This document shows positions 1 to 9,178 of a stretch of 32,000 bases of DNA, piece by piece. Source of the DNA: Pirellula staleyi DSM 6068. Lineage in GTDB: Bacteria; Planctomycetota; Planctomycetia; Pirellulales; Pirellulaceae. The notes below the pieces were generated by a model that was given only the letters and a program-made list of their open reading frames with translations, did no database searches and had not been told where the DNA came from. Position 1 is the first letter of the stretch, and the number at the start of each line of letters is the position of its first letter. Position numbers and translations under genes: made by a program. The DNA is taken from NCBI GenBank assembly GCA_000025185.1, contig CP001848.1:1380001-1412000 (forward strand), in the 5' to 3' direction.

Positions 1-638
1 CAACCCCTTATGCGATCGTCGCGTTTTCCTGGTGGGCGATTGCGATCCTCCTACTGAAGTGGCGGAAGCTTGCCTTTCAAAAACGATCGCTCACCTATGA
101 CGTGGTCCCTCGCGATCACGATTTTGTCCTTTCCATTCCAACAGCCGACCGTGTAATTGAGCATATGCATTTGGTAGCCGACGATCCCCGTCACTTTGTT
201 CTTTATAACCGTATGATGATCGCCCTCTCGAACATGAAAAACCTGGGACGAGTCGCCGATCTTGATGAGATCCTCCGTTCGCAAGGGGAGCATGATGAGT
301 CGTCGATGGAAACAAGCTACTCGCTGGTGCGCGGGCTTCTCTGGGCGATTCCGGTGCTTGGGTTCATCGGCACGGTGCTCGGACTTTCCGAAGCCATTGG
401 CGGGTTTAGCAATGTCTTGACCACCGCTACCGACATCTCTTTGGTGCTCGATGCACTGAAGGTTGTTACGGCGGGACTCGCGACCGCTTTTGAAACGACA
501 CTGCAGGCTCTGGTGGCTGCACTCGGCATTCAAATGCTCCTCACCTTTATCAAAAAGGGAGAAGAGGAATTTTTGGATCAGTGCAGCGATTACTGTATGC
601 GGCGACTTGTGAGTCGTTTGCGTTTGTCCCCGACGTAA
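1..638 (+). CDS. MotA/TolQ/ExbB-family proton-channel protein, 5'-partial (ORF open to the window edge)
   Basis: The frame of ORF 102..638 stays open back to nt 3 (TPYAIVAFSWWAIAILLLKWRK..., a TM helix plus basic stop-transfer). The C-terminal half (LWAIPVLGFIGTVLGLSEAIGGF...AGLATAFETTLQALVAALGIQMLLTF) matches the conserved last two TM helices of MotA/ExbB/TolQ channels. Confidence 0.75.
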   Translation, partial: TPYAIVAFSWWAIAILLLKWRKLAFQKRSLTYDVVPRDHDFVLSIPTADRVIEHMHLVADDPRHFVLYNRMMIALSNMKNLGRVADLDEILRSQGEHDESSMETSYSLVRGLLWAIPVLGFIGTVLGLSEAIGGFSNVLTTATDISLVLDALKVVTAGLATAFETTLQALVAALGIQMLLTFIKKGEEEFLDQCSDYCMRRLVSRLRLSPT

Positions 639-653
639 CGAAAGGATCGTGCG

Positions 654-1484
654 ATGGGACGACGTACCGCGCAAGCACCTTTCTCCCTCTTTTCGTTTCA
701 AGACATCATCACCTCGGTCACCGGGATTGTGGTCCTGATGCTGCTGGTGATGGCGCTGGAACTCGCGAGCCGCAAGTTGCAAGCGCCAGCCGTGCAGCAA
801 TCGATCACGCGCGAAGATACACGCGCTGCGCTCTCGGCGGCACAGACCAAAATCCAAGAGCTGCAGCGGATGCTCGAGTCGAGCGACTGGAGCGAGCTTG
901 CCTCACGAACCCCGACCGAGTTTGCTATCGAACAGGAAGTTTTGACGCGGCAGATTCCCCTTCTGAAGTCCGATCTCGCCGCGGCCAAGCGTCGCGTCGC
1001 TGAGCTCGAGCGACAAGAAAAAGCTGCTCACGACCAGTGGAACGCTCGGGGTAAAGACCGCCAGCAGCTAGAACGAATGGAGGCCGAAATCGGGGCCCTC
1101 GAGGCGAAGCTGAAGAAAGTGCAAAAGTCGGGTACGCTGGTCTATCGCGCGGGGCCACGCGAGTCGCGACAGCCGTGGATCATCGAGTGTACGGCCGCTT
1201 CGATTAGCGCCGCTCCTTTGGGGCCGATATCGAAGCCACTGCAGTTTGTTGGGAGCGATTCTCTTTCGCGCATTCGTCAGGTCGAGGCCTGGGCCAAAGG
1301 CTTGTCGCGCAGCGAGGTCTATCTCGTTTTGATGGTGAAACCGGGCGGGGCTGAGACCGCAACCATCCTCGAGGAGAAGCTGCGCGATTTGGGACTCGGT
1401 GTCGGACTCGATCTTATCGGCAGCGATCAGGCGGCGATCGACCCCGAAGAAGGGGCACCAGTCGTCGAGGAGCCGGCTCGATGA
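654..1484 (+). CDS. ExbD/TolR/MotB-like single-pass membrane protein with long coiled-coil insert
   Basis: N-terminal anchor SFQDIITSVTGIVVLMLLVMAL carries an Asp at the position typical of stator B-units (MotB YADLMT.., ExbD ..PLIDV..). The middle ~130 aa are heptad-like and rich in E/K/R/Q/L/A. The C-terminus (YLVLMVKPGGAETATILEEKLRDLGLGVGLDLI) resembles the ExbD periplasmic domain pattern. It starts 16 nt after the MotA-like gene and overlaps the next gene by ATGA. Confidence 0.6.
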   Translation: MGRRTAQAPFSLFSFQDIITSVTGIVVLMLLVMALELASRKLQAPAVQQSITREDTRAALSAAQTKIQELQRMLESSDWSELASRTPTEFAIEQEVLTRQIPLLKSDLAAAKRRVAELERQEKAAHDQWNARGKDRQQLERMEAEIGALEAKLKKVQKSGTLVYRAGPRESRQPWIIECTAASISAAPLGPISKPLQFVGSDSLSRIRQVEAWAKGLSRSEVYLVLMVKPGGAETATILEEKLRDLGLGVGLDLIGSDQAAIDPEEGAPVVEEPAR

Positions 1485-2392
1485 GGCGAAAAACACTCGA
1501 CACCAGCGACAGCCTGGAGCTGCTGCTCGACACCATCTCGAACGCCTTTGGAGGGATTCTGTTCCTCGCGCTGCTGGTCGGTTTACTGCTGCAAATGTCG
1601 CATCGCCCTTCAGCCCCGGTAGAAGTCGACCCCCAGGCAGAAGTGGAGATGATCGAGCTCGACGCCGCCTTGACCGAAGCACTTGCGCAACTGGAATCGC
1701 TCGAGCGCTCGGTTGCGCTGCAGCGGCAATCGCGCGAGCGATTGGTCGACCCCAGCACCGAGCAGATCGCCGCCGAGGTGCGCGCGTCGCGCGCCGAGGT
1801 TAGTGACCTCGAGAAGAAAATCGAGGCTGCCCGCAAGAGTGCCAGCACTACCCAGGTGGAGATCGACGCACTGCGCCGCAGTTCGACGGAGCTCGATAGC
1901 AAACTGGCCACAGCCAAAACCGATCAGGCGGAAGTTGCCAGTCGACTGAAGCGCGAGCAGCTGTTGCGTTCGCAAGTGATAGCGCCTCCCCGAACGCGTG
2001 GCACCAGCAAGGTGGAGTGCGAAGTGGTGCTCCGCTATGACCGGGTCTATCTGCACTGGAATATCGACGACGGGATCTACAACCAGAAGCTGAACCTCGA
2101 CGACTTTGTGATCGTCCGTCGCGAGGGAGTGGCACTGGTGACGACCCCCAACCCGGTCAGCGGATTGCCAGTGACAGCCGCCGCCGATTTTCCTGCCGCA
2201 CTGCGGCGCAAGCTTGCGGGCTATAGCTCGCAGCGCTGGTTCGTGACGGTGATTGCCTATGAGGATTCGTTCGACAAGTTTCAGAACCTCAAAGCGGGAC
2301 TCGTCCAAGCGGGCTACGAGTTTCGCATCCTTCCAGCCTCACAAGGGAGCAAGTTCGCAAAAACCAGCAGCGCCCCTGCTCAAGTGCAGTAA
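1481..2392 (+). CDS. Second ExbD/TolR/MotB-like single-pass membrane protein with coiled-coil insert (paralog of 654..1484)
   Basis: The anchor LLLDTISNAFGGILFLALLVGLL has a conserved Asp. A long coiled-coil-like segment follows. The C-terminus (FVTVIAYEDSFDKFQNLKAGLVQAGYEFRILP) fits the ExbD-type periplasmic domain pattern. A 4-nt ATGA overlap with the upstream gene indicates translational coupling. Confidence 0.6.
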   Translation: MRRKTLDTSDSLELLLDTISNAFGGILFLALLVGLLLQMSHRPSAPVEVDPQAEVEMIELDAALTEALAQLESLERSVALQRQSRERLVDPSTEQIAAEVRASRAEVSDLEKKIEAARKSASTTQVEIDALRRSSTELDSKLATAKTDQAEVASRLKREQLLRSQVIAPPRTRGTSKVECEVVLRYDRVYLHWNIDDGIYNQKLNLDDFVIVRREGVALVTTPNPVSGLPVTAAADFPAALRRKLAGYSSQRWFVTVIAYEDSFDKFQNLKAGLVQAGYEFRILPASQGSKFAKTSSAPAQVQ

Positions 2393-2468
2393 GGAATAGG
2401 CGATAAGCGATCGCTGCTGAGCTTGGCAGGCCTCACTTGCCGCACAAAAATTGTCGCGCAATAAAAAA

Positions 2469-2514
2469 TCCCGGGAGCCATCACTACTGACAGCTCCCGG
2501 GACTTCGGTTTTTT
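2469..2514. terminator. Bidirectional rho-independent terminator candidate between convergent genes
   Basis: A perfect 10-bp stem, tcccgggagc (2469-2478) with gctcccggga (2493-2502), encloses a 14-nt loop. An A6 run lies upstream (2463-2468) and a T6 run downstream (2509-2514). It sits between the plus-strand operon end (2392) and the minus-strand glgP end (2561). Confidence 0.5.
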
Positions 2515-2560
2515 CAGAGACAAGTTTTTTATTCGACAAGCGATGCGGTGAAGGGGCGGA

Positions 2561-4762
2561 CTATTTCACCGACATATCACAGCTGAGACCACCAGCAGCG
2601 GGGACGTAGCAAAGGCGAGCGTAGTCCATCACCATGCGGTGCGACGAGAATCGCCACGCCAGGGTGCTGATGCTCATCATCATTCGCTTGATCCACTGCC
2701 GTGGCAAACCGTCGACGTCGCGATCGTAGTAGCAAGGGATGACTTCGTTCTCCATCGCTTGCATCAGCGATTCGCCGTCGCGACGATCGGTCACTTCATC
2801 GTTGGTGTGGCTTGTCGCCCGACCAATCGCGAAACCGTTGGTTCCGTCGTAAGCTTCCGCCCACCAACCATCGAGGATCGACAGGTTCAAACCACCGTTG
2901 AGCACGGTCTTTTGTCCTGAAGTTCCCGACGCTTCGAGGGGACGACGTGGGTTGTTGAGCCACACGTCGACACCTTGAATCATGTGACGGCAAACGTTCA
3001 TGTCGTAGTCTTCGATGTAGACCACTTTGCCCGCAAAGCGTGGGTCGTGACGCAGGTTGGCGATCTGCTGAATGAATCGCTTTCCTGGTTCATCTTTCGG
3101 ATGGGCCTTACCGGCGAAGACAAACTGCACAGGACGCTCTTTGTTGTTGATCATCGCATCGAGACGATCGAGGTCCGACATGATCAGCGTGGCTCGTTTG
3201 TACGTCGCAAAGCGGCGGCCAAAGCCAATCGTCAAGACGTTTGGATCGAGCACGTTGCGGGCAGCCTCAACGACATCGTCGCTCTCGTTGCGGCGACGGC
3301 ACTGGCGGCTGACGCGGCGACGAACAAACGCGAGGAGCTGATTCTTGAGCGCGTTGTGCGTTTCCCACAGTTCGCCCGGATCGACGTTATGGATGTGCTG
3401 CCACACTTCGGGCTCACCCATGCGATAGATCCACTGGGCAGGGAAGTGGCGATCGTACAGCTGCAGCATCTGCTGCGCGAGCCACGTCGGGATGTGCACA
3501 CCGTTGGTGATGTGACCAATTGGAACTTCTTCTTCTTGACGCCAGGGCCAGAGCTGGGCCCACATGCGACGCGAGATATGGCCGTGCAACTGGCTCACCG
3601 CGTTCGCTTTACGCGACAGCTTGAGCCCCATCACGGTCATGGTGAACGGTTCGCTGTGGTTCTGGGGCTCGACGCGGCCGAGACCCATCAACTGGTCGTA
3701 ACTGATTCCGAGTTGATCGCGCAGCGGGCCCAGATGCTCTTCGATCATGTCGCCGCCAAAACGGTCGTGACCGGCAGGCACTGGGGTGTGCGTGGTGAAG
3801 CAGGTGTGACGCGCCACATCGCGGACTGCTTCGTCGAAGCTCATTCCATCGTCGACCATCCGCTCGCGAATCACTTCGAGAGGGCCAAACGCCGAGTGAC
3901 CTTCGTTCAGGTGATACACGCCGGGATAAATTCCCAGAGCGCGGAGCGCTTTCACGCCACCGACGCCGAGCACCAATTCCTGACGAATACGAACGCGCTC
4001 ATCGCCGCCGTAAAGACGGCTCGTGAGTTTGCGATCTTCGGGGCTGTTGCCGTCGACGTCGCAGTCGAGCAAGAACAGTCGCACGCGACCCACCTGCATG
4101 AACCACACTTTGGCAAACAGAGCGCCGCCACGGGTGTCGACACGAATGGTGATCGGCTTGCCGTCGGGGCAAAGTGCGGGGGCCATCGGCAAGTTCTCGA
4201 CCTTGGTGTCGAGATACTCTTCGCGCTGGAACCCAGTCTCGTCGAGCTGCTGTTTGAAATAACCTTGATCGTAGAACAGACCGATGCCAACCAGGTTCAC
4301 ACCCAGCCCGCTCGCGCTCTTCACATGGTCGCCCGAAAGCACCCCAAGGCCACCGGAATAGATCGGCATCGACTCGTGCAGACCGAATTCGGCCGAGAAG
4401 TAAGCGACCGGCTTGTTGCCCAGCACGCCGGCGTGCGTTGCCGCCCACGTTTGCTTGTTCGCCATGTATTCTTTAAGGCGACGATGGGCGTAGTTGATTC
4501 GGCTGTAAAGCACCATCTCGGAGGCACGGGTGGCCAGCCGCTCGGGGGTGAATTCCCGCAAGAGAGCGATGGGGTTGTGGTCAAGCTGTCGCCATCTGAT
4601 GGGATCGAGATCGCGAAACAGGTTGATTACCTCGGGATGCCACGTCCACCACAGATTGTGGGCCAACGCCCAGCACTTGTCGTAGAGGGTTTGGGGCGAC
4701 ATCTCGCCCGCCATCAGAGGAGTATTCGCATCAGAAGCAACGGCGGTGTCGATCGAGCTCAT
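2561..4762 (-). CDS. glgP: Alpha-glucan (glycogen/maltodextrin) phosphorylase, GT35 family
   Basis: Hallmark motifs are present: YSGGLGVLSGDHVKSASGLGVNLVGIGLFYDQGYF, FVFAGKAHPKDEPGKRFIQ and the PLP-site signature EASGTSGQKTVLNGGLNLSILDGWW. The ORF track starts at 4807. I prefer the ATG at 4762 (MSSIDT...), which has AAGGGA 7 nt upstream. Confidence 0.9.
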   Translation of the reverse strand: MSSIDTAVASDANTPLMAGEMSPQTLYDKCWALAHNLWWTWHPEVINLFRDLDPIRWRQLDHNPIALLREFTPERLATRASEMVLYSRINYAHRRLKEYMANKQTWAATHAGVLGNKPVAYFSAEFGLHESMPIYSGGLGVLSGDHVKSASGLGVNLVGIGLFYDQGYFKQQLDETGFQREEYLDTKVENLPMAPALCPDGKPITIRVDTRGGALFAKVWFMQVGRVRLFLLDCDVDGNSPEDRKLTSRLYGGDERVRIRQELVLGVGGVKALRALGIYPGVYHLNEGHSAFGPLEVIRERMVDDGMSFDEAVRDVARHTCFTTHTPVPAGHDRFGGDMIEEHLGPLRDQLGISYDQLMGLGRVEPQNHSEPFTMTVMGLKLSRKANAVSQLHGHISRRMWAQLWPWRQEEEVPIGHITNGVHIPTWLAQQMLQLYDRHFPAQWIYRMGEPEVWQHIHNVDPGELWETHNALKNQLLAFVRRRVSRQCRRRNESDDVVEAARNVLDPNVLTIGFGRRFATYKRATLIMSDLDRLDAMINNKERPVQFVFAGKAHPKDEPGKRFIQQIANLRHDPRFAGKVVYIEDYDMNVCRHMIQGVDVWLNNPRRPLEASGTSGQKTVLNGGLNLSILDGWWAEAYDGTNGFAIGRATSHTNDEVTDRRDGESLMQAMENEVIPCYYDRDVDGLPRQWIKRMMMSISTLAWRFSSHRMVMDYARLCYVPAAGGLSCDMSVK

Positions 4763-5110
4763 GAACAGTCCCTTATCCGCCTGGATAGTGCGCGGCCGCC
4801 TGGGCACCGTCTACCGCGCATGTACCGCCTTGTTATCGGCTGCAGAAACCGTTTGTCAAGAGTCGAGCGAGTTTGCACGCCACTACCCCGTTCATCCTCC
4901 TGACTTACGGAATCATCCCTGCCGTTAACGCTTGCCACGGGCATGTCACGTTTGCTTGACATCGCGAAGCGCAAGAGTCGACCGAAAGGATCCCGAAAAA
5001 TAGTTCAAAAAAATTTAGCCGAAAAGATGCTGAAGTTGTCGAGCGATTTTACCGGTGCCGTTCAGTGGCCATGAACATCGAAGTTCGCTCGTCGCGATAC
5101 TCTGCCATCG

Positions 5111-5608
5111 TTATGGCACCGAGTCGGGTAGATGCCTCTGCTTTTCGTCGATCGCTTGAGCACTTCCCTCCACCACCTGCGAATCAACCACCACGGTGCG
5201 GTGGCCGGTCGAGTCGGTAGTGACAATCGTGGAAGTCCCTGCCATTCGAAAGCGAGTTTTCAGATACCAGGTGATGGCCGCGAGGTAGAAGCGGCGCACG
5301 GGTGGGAAGAGCATCGAGAAGCCAATTAGGTCGCCGATCACACCGGGAAGAATCAGCAGAACTGCGGCGACAAAAAGCATGAAGCCATCGAGCAGTTTGA
5401 CCGAAGGGACCTCCCCTTTCGCCATCTGCTGGCGGGCTTTGGTCACCATGCTATAGCTTTGCCAGCGCATCACGGCGATCCCCAGCAAACCAGTGAGCAC
5501 CACGATCAGCAGCACAAGCGTAACGCTTGTTGCTCGCCCCAAATAAAGGAGCGCAGCGAGTTCCACCAGCGGATAGAACACCACAATCGCGGCTATCAGA
5601 CGTAGCAT
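5111..5608 (-). CDS. fxsA: FxsA-family inner-membrane protein
   Basis: MLRLIAAIVVFYPLVELAALLYLG...LDGFMLFVAAVLLILPGVIGDLIGFSMLFPPVRR matches the FxsA pattern, including the conserved ...LL.PG...D..G..LL.PP.R motif. I prefer the start at the internal ATG at 5608 rather than the track start at 5641. Confidence 0.8.
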   Translation of the reverse strand: MLRLIAAIVVFYPLVELAALLYLGRATSVTLVLLIVVLTGLLGIAVMRWQSYSMVTKARQQMAKGEVPSVKLLDGFMLFVAAVLLILPGVIGDLIGFSMLFPPVRRFYLAAITWYLKTRFRMAGTSTIVTTDSTGHRTVVVDSQVVEGSAQAIDEKQRHLPDSVP

Positions 5609-5699
5609 CTTGGTGCTCCTCTCCGCGAAAATGTGCTGCAAACAAGGGACTTGTTAAAGGAACCGTCGCTGCGACGGTTTCACGATGCCAATCGTCATT

Positions 5700-6704
5700 T
5701 CACGACGCTCGCTTCAGCGGCTCGCTCGGAAGTGCTGGACTGGCAGGGCGATAATAACCGAGCATATCAAACCGAGTCGCCAACGAGCGTGCGAGCGACG
5801 GTTGCTCGTCGGCTCCACGCTGCGGAGTCACCCGCGACTGAAGCGCTTCTATCCAGCGGTCTACGGGCAATAGTAGAATCGCGGTCAAGATGGCATTGAA
5901 AAAGAAGCCGTACGGAAACGAGACGAGCACACCGGCGTAGAACCCAAGGATCGCCAGTCCGACCCAGGTACGCAGTCGTGGAAAAATGGCGAGAATTCCC
6001 GCTGTTTCCACCACCAACGTGGCTCCCTGCAGCAGCATCGTCAGTTGGCGATTGTGAATGATCGCTTGCACTGCGGGTGACCATTCATAGCCAAAAGCAT
6101 GCGCCCAAAGTTGCAGCGAAACACCATTGGCCCACGCTGTCCCCGAAAAAATGATCTTCGATAAACCGGCAGCTGTGTGAAAGATCCCCACATAAGCAAT
6201 CGCTGTCAGCAGGACCCAGCGAGGGACGAGTGGTGTTTGAAAATAGGTTCCTGCTTGAATCGCACGCCGAATCTCTTGATGGTAGAGCGTGACCCAAATC
6301 ACCGCGACCACCATTAACATATTCGCCATATGTAATATATGGGCCGTGTTATAAGTATTTTCTACCTTCAGCGACCACACAGCAGTGTAACTCATCAATG
6401 TGAGCCAGCTGCTATAAGGCAACCATTGCTGAAAGAGCCATAGCAGGCTGCTGATCAACAGCATCGCGCGAAATGCCCAGAGCAGCTCGGTCGATGCAAG
6501 CCAGCTCGCCGGTAGGAACGAAAGTGGCGTGCTCGGGCCCTGGCGCGGGGCTTCAAGATATTCAAACGGCAGAAAGGCAAGCAGCAGCGCTGTCAGAAGC
6601 AGTACCCAAATCATCAGCTGAAATTGGGCGGGCCGCGCATACGACTCGAGCCAAACGGACCAGCTTGCCGCTGGCGTATCTTGCGGAATCGATGCACTTT
6701 TCAC
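5700..6704 (-). CDS. Polytopic integral membrane protein, possibly HTTM/SdpB-like
   Basis: There are about 8-9 hydrophobic segments. The stretch NTYNTAHILHMANMLMVVAVIW is reminiscent of the HTTM-domain His-containing helix. The GTG start overlaps the TAG stop of the upstream gene by 1 nt (TAGTG). The family assignment is a guess. Confidence 0.5.
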   Translation of the reverse strand: MKSASIPQDTPAASWSVWLESYARPAQFQLMIWVLLLTALLLAFLPFEYLEAPRQGPSTPLSFLPASWLASTELLWAFRAMLLISSLLWLFQQWLPYSSWLTLMSYTAVWSLKVENTYNTAHILHMANMLMVVAVIWVTLYHQEIRRAIQAGTYFQTPLVPRWVLLTAIAYVGIFHTAAGLSKIIFSGTAWANGVSLQLWAHAFGYEWSPAVQAIIHNRQLTMLLQGATLVVETAGILAIFPRLRTWVGLAILGFYAGVLVSFPYGFFFNAILTAILLLPVDRWIEALQSRVTPQRGADEQPSLARSLATRFDMLGYYRPASPALPSEPLKRAS

Positions 6705-7219
6705 TACTGCGAACTTCCTGCTGCCGATACTGCGTCGCGCGACACCGTCACTTCATCCACCTGCACCACATCCACGCTTCCGTCGGCATGAGAGCCAATC
6801 ACTTCTTGGGTAATCGTCAGTGCCTGGCACCCTGCATGTTCGGGCCGCTGAAGCAGTTTCTTCAGATGCGCGGTCAGCTCTTCCTCGGTCCGCACGCAAC
6901 CAAACTCCTCAATCACCGGTGGCGGCTCGAGTCCCACTCCATACCCCACCGGATTGCCATCATAAATCCGCTGGCAGAGTGTGGCTTTGGGGTCCATCGG
7001 CTCGCCGCGCTCATTCACAATCTTATAATTGCAATACTGCTGCGGCGCATCACGGAACATTGGCGCCGATGTGAAAGGATAGAAATCCCCCACACAAACC
7101 GGCAGCGCTACGTTGAGCACCAAAAACAGCCCAGCCAGCACAAGTCCGATCGTCATGCGCCGACGGCAATGGGCCGGCACATGGCATGTCATCGAAGAGG
7201 GGTTGTCGTTCATCGGCAA
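6704..7219 (-). CDS. Hypothetical N-terminally anchored protein
   Basis: 171-aa ORF with one N-terminal hydrophobic helix (IGLVLAGLFLVLNVALPVCVG). It lies 10 nt downstream of the lactonase stop and is stop/start-overlapped with the membrane protein gene. No recognisable motifs. Confidence 0.5.
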   Translation of the reverse strand: MPMNDNPSSMTCHVPAHCRRRMTIGLVLAGLFLVLNVALPVCVGDFYPFTSAPMFRDAPQQYCNYKIVNERGEPMDPKATLCQRIYDGNPVGYGVGLEPPPVIEEFGCVRTEEELTAHLKKLLQRPEHAGCQALTITQEVIGSHADGSVDVVQVDEVTVSRDAVSAAGSSQ

Positions 7220-7228
7220 GCAACTCGA

Positions 7229-8392
7229 CTACAGGGGCAAGAATTTCACGCACACAGGAGCGTCAATCTCAATCGCTTCCCCGGTCCGTGTGAGGATGCC
7301 AGTCTCCAGGTTCACCTTATAGACAAAAGCACTCTTGCCACCTTGGTTACAAACAATCACCCATTGGCCGGTTGGATCGACACCAAAGTTGCGAGGTGTA
7401 TCAATGCCACCTTCAGTGTGACCAACAGCAGCCAGCTTTCCGGTTTTCTCATCCACCGTGAAGATCGCGATGCTGTTATGGCCACGATTGCTGCCATAAA
7501 CGAACTTCCCACTAGGATGTACTTGGATCTCGGCAGTGCTGTTATTTCCCGAAAAACCCGCTGGAAGTGTGCTAATGGTGTCGATCTGCGCGAGCGATCC
7601 CTTTTCCGCGTCATAAGCATAAGCAGTGATCGTCGAAGTTAACTCGTTGATGGCATACGCAAACTTGCCGCTGGGATGAAACGCAAAGTGACGCGGCCCC
7701 GAACCAGGGGGCACCGTACCTGCGGCAGGATCGTTAGCAACTAGCTTTCCAGTTGAAGGATCGAGTTTATAGATCAAAACCTTATCAATCCCTAAATCGG
7801 CAGCAAAAACAAACTTACCAGCTGCATCAGGATTGATAGAGTGAGCGTGTGGTTCTTTCTGACGACCTTGATTAGGTCCACTTCCAGTATGCTGCACAAA
7901 GCCAGTCGCTTCGCCAAGGCTCCCATCATCCTTCACTGGCAAGGCGCAAATGCTTCCACCACCATAATTGGCGGCAAAAACATACGACCCTTGAGGGTGC
8001 ACACTGACATGACAAGGTCCCGCCCCAGCAGAAGATTGGCGATTAAGTAATTGGAGTTCGCCCGTTGCTTTATTGATAGAGTATGCATGCACGACCCCTA
8101 CCTTCTTGCCATCAAACTCCGATATCTCGCCGACAGCATACAAATACTTATGAGACGGCGCAATCGCGAGGAATGAGGCGTTCATCGCCTCCGCCACCAA
8201 GACTGGTTTTGTCACCACGCCAGTACTTAGGTCGAGCTCAGCTGTATAAATCCCTTTGCTGTTACCTGTCGTGTAGGTTCCAAAGTAAAGACGCTGCTTG
8301 GCACTCTCTTCGGCCAAGGCCACGTTACCAAGCATCACAGCTGCAAGCCCCAGAGCCAATTGAGGAGCAAGGTGGAGGAATCGTCGTAGCAT
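7229..8392 (-). CDS. Secreted lactonase-family 7-bladed beta-propeller protein (6-phosphogluconolactonase/YbhE-like)
   Basis: Repeated blade motifs typical of the lactonase family: GAGPCHVSVHPQGSYVFAANYGGGSI, GPRHFAFHPSGKFAYAINELTSTITAY, EIQVHPSGKFVYGSNRGHNSIAIF and PRNFGVDPTGQWVIVCNQ. I prefer the start at 8392 (MLRRFLHLAPQLALGLAAVMLGNVALAEE), which reads as a signal peptide. The track start is 8506. Confidence 0.85.
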   Translation of the reverse strand: MLRRFLHLAPQLALGLAAVMLGNVALAEESAKQRLYFGTYTTGNSKGIYTAELDLSTGVVTKPVLVAEAMNASFLAIAPSHKYLYAVGEISEFDGKKVGVVHAYSINKATGELQLLNRQSSAGAGPCHVSVHPQGSYVFAANYGGGSICALPVKDDGSLGEATGFVQHTGSGPNQGRQKEPHAHSINPDAAGKFVFAADLGIDKVLIYKLDPSTGKLVANDPAAGTVPPGSGPRHFAFHPSGKFAYAINELTSTITAYAYDAEKGSLAQIDTISTLPAGFSGNNSTAEIQVHPSGKFVYGSNRGHNSIAIFTVDEKTGKLAAVGHTEGGIDTPRNFGVDPTGQWVIVCNQGGKSAFVYKVNLETGILTRTGEAIEIDAPVCVKFLPL

Positions 8393-9105
8393 CGCGAAGC
8401 TCTTTCTGCGTGAGTGTCGACAGCTAGTTCCGGGCGTCACAGGCTGACGGCCCGAAGCCCATGTGGTTGCGCCGCTAAAGGGCAAATCTTCGCTGCATTG
8501 TGCCACGTTGCCATAGCCCTCGCCAGCAAGTTCCCATTTCGGCCGGTGGCAGGACCTCCGTTCAGGTCCTTGAGCCCTTTGCTAACTATCGTTTCAGCAA
8601 AGGTTTGTGGCGGCAGATCATTCCCTCTCAGCAGCGCGAACTTGCCGCCTTTGCCCGCTGTCCATTACCTGGCCGACACGAGACGTCGATAGAAGAATTG
8701 CGGATGCCTCAACTATTCACGATTCGCTACGCGCCAGTCACATTGTTGGCATTTGAGTCGCAAGTAGCTTGCCAGTAATGACTTGGGGCAAGTGGCCAGA
8801 AACTGCCGTAAATCGCTGCGGTGGATTTGCCCGGCTGGCATTCGTGAGGCAAGTTAACAGGTTGACTGAAATCGACATGGGTTCGATAGCGGCCCGGCCA
8901 TCGCCTCGCAATTGGTAAGGTGAACAACACCAACACTTTAGCGGGTGATTGTTCAGGTCGCGATGAGATTCGCGAGACGTCCATTCGGCTGCAAACGGTT
9001 ACTCGCATAACACTTCGGTAACGATCCAACCGTAGGATCGATGGTCGCCGACATGGCTCCCTTGCCAGTCGCCCACGCATCGATTAATTTCATGGATTCC
9101 CATAT

Positions 9106-9178
9106 TCCCCTGTAGCTCAGTTGGTAGAGCAGGCGACTGTTAATCGCCGGGTCGTAGGTTCGAGTCCTACCGGGGGAG
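9106..9178 (+). tRNA. tRNA-Asn (anticodon GTT)
   Basis: A 73-nt cloverleaf folded by hand. The acceptor stem tcccctg/cggggga has 7 bp including one G-U. The D-stem is gctc/gagc. The anticodon stem ggcga/tcgcc carries the loop ct-GTT-aa. There is a 5-nt variable loop, and the T-arm is gtagg-ttcgagt-cctac. Discriminator is g; no encoded CCA. Confidence 0.9.

Noticed and set aside
51-1682. Minus-strand ORFs 51..857 (268 aa) and 1068..1682 (204 aa), and others antisense to the MotA/ExbD-like operon
   Set aside because: They have R/G/S-rich shadow-ORF composition and overlap better-supported plus-strand genes.
4830-4859. Possible sigma-70-like promoter for glgP on the minus strand (TTGACA, 18 nt, TAACAA)
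   Set aside because: The -10 element is weak, the spacing is non-optimal and the organism's promoter consensus is unknown. The evidence is too thin to list as a feature.
2975-4903. 642-aa plus-strand ORF
   Set aside because: It is entirely antisense to the well-supported glgP gene. It is a typical shadow ORF in GC-rich coding sequence with no motifs.
6473-7642. 389-aa plus-strand ORF
   Set aside because: It is antisense to three tightly coupled minus-strand genes, with H/R/C-rich non-protein-like composition.
8507-9105. About 600-bp gap between the lactonase gene and tRNA-Asn, with ORFs 8727..9080 (minus strand, 117 aa), 8500..8778 (plus strand) and a hand-found 46-codon minus-strand ORF (about 8953..9093, MKLIDAWATGKG...)
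   Set aside because: None has protein-like composition or motifs that I can support. The region probably holds promoters for the lactonase operon and the tRNA.
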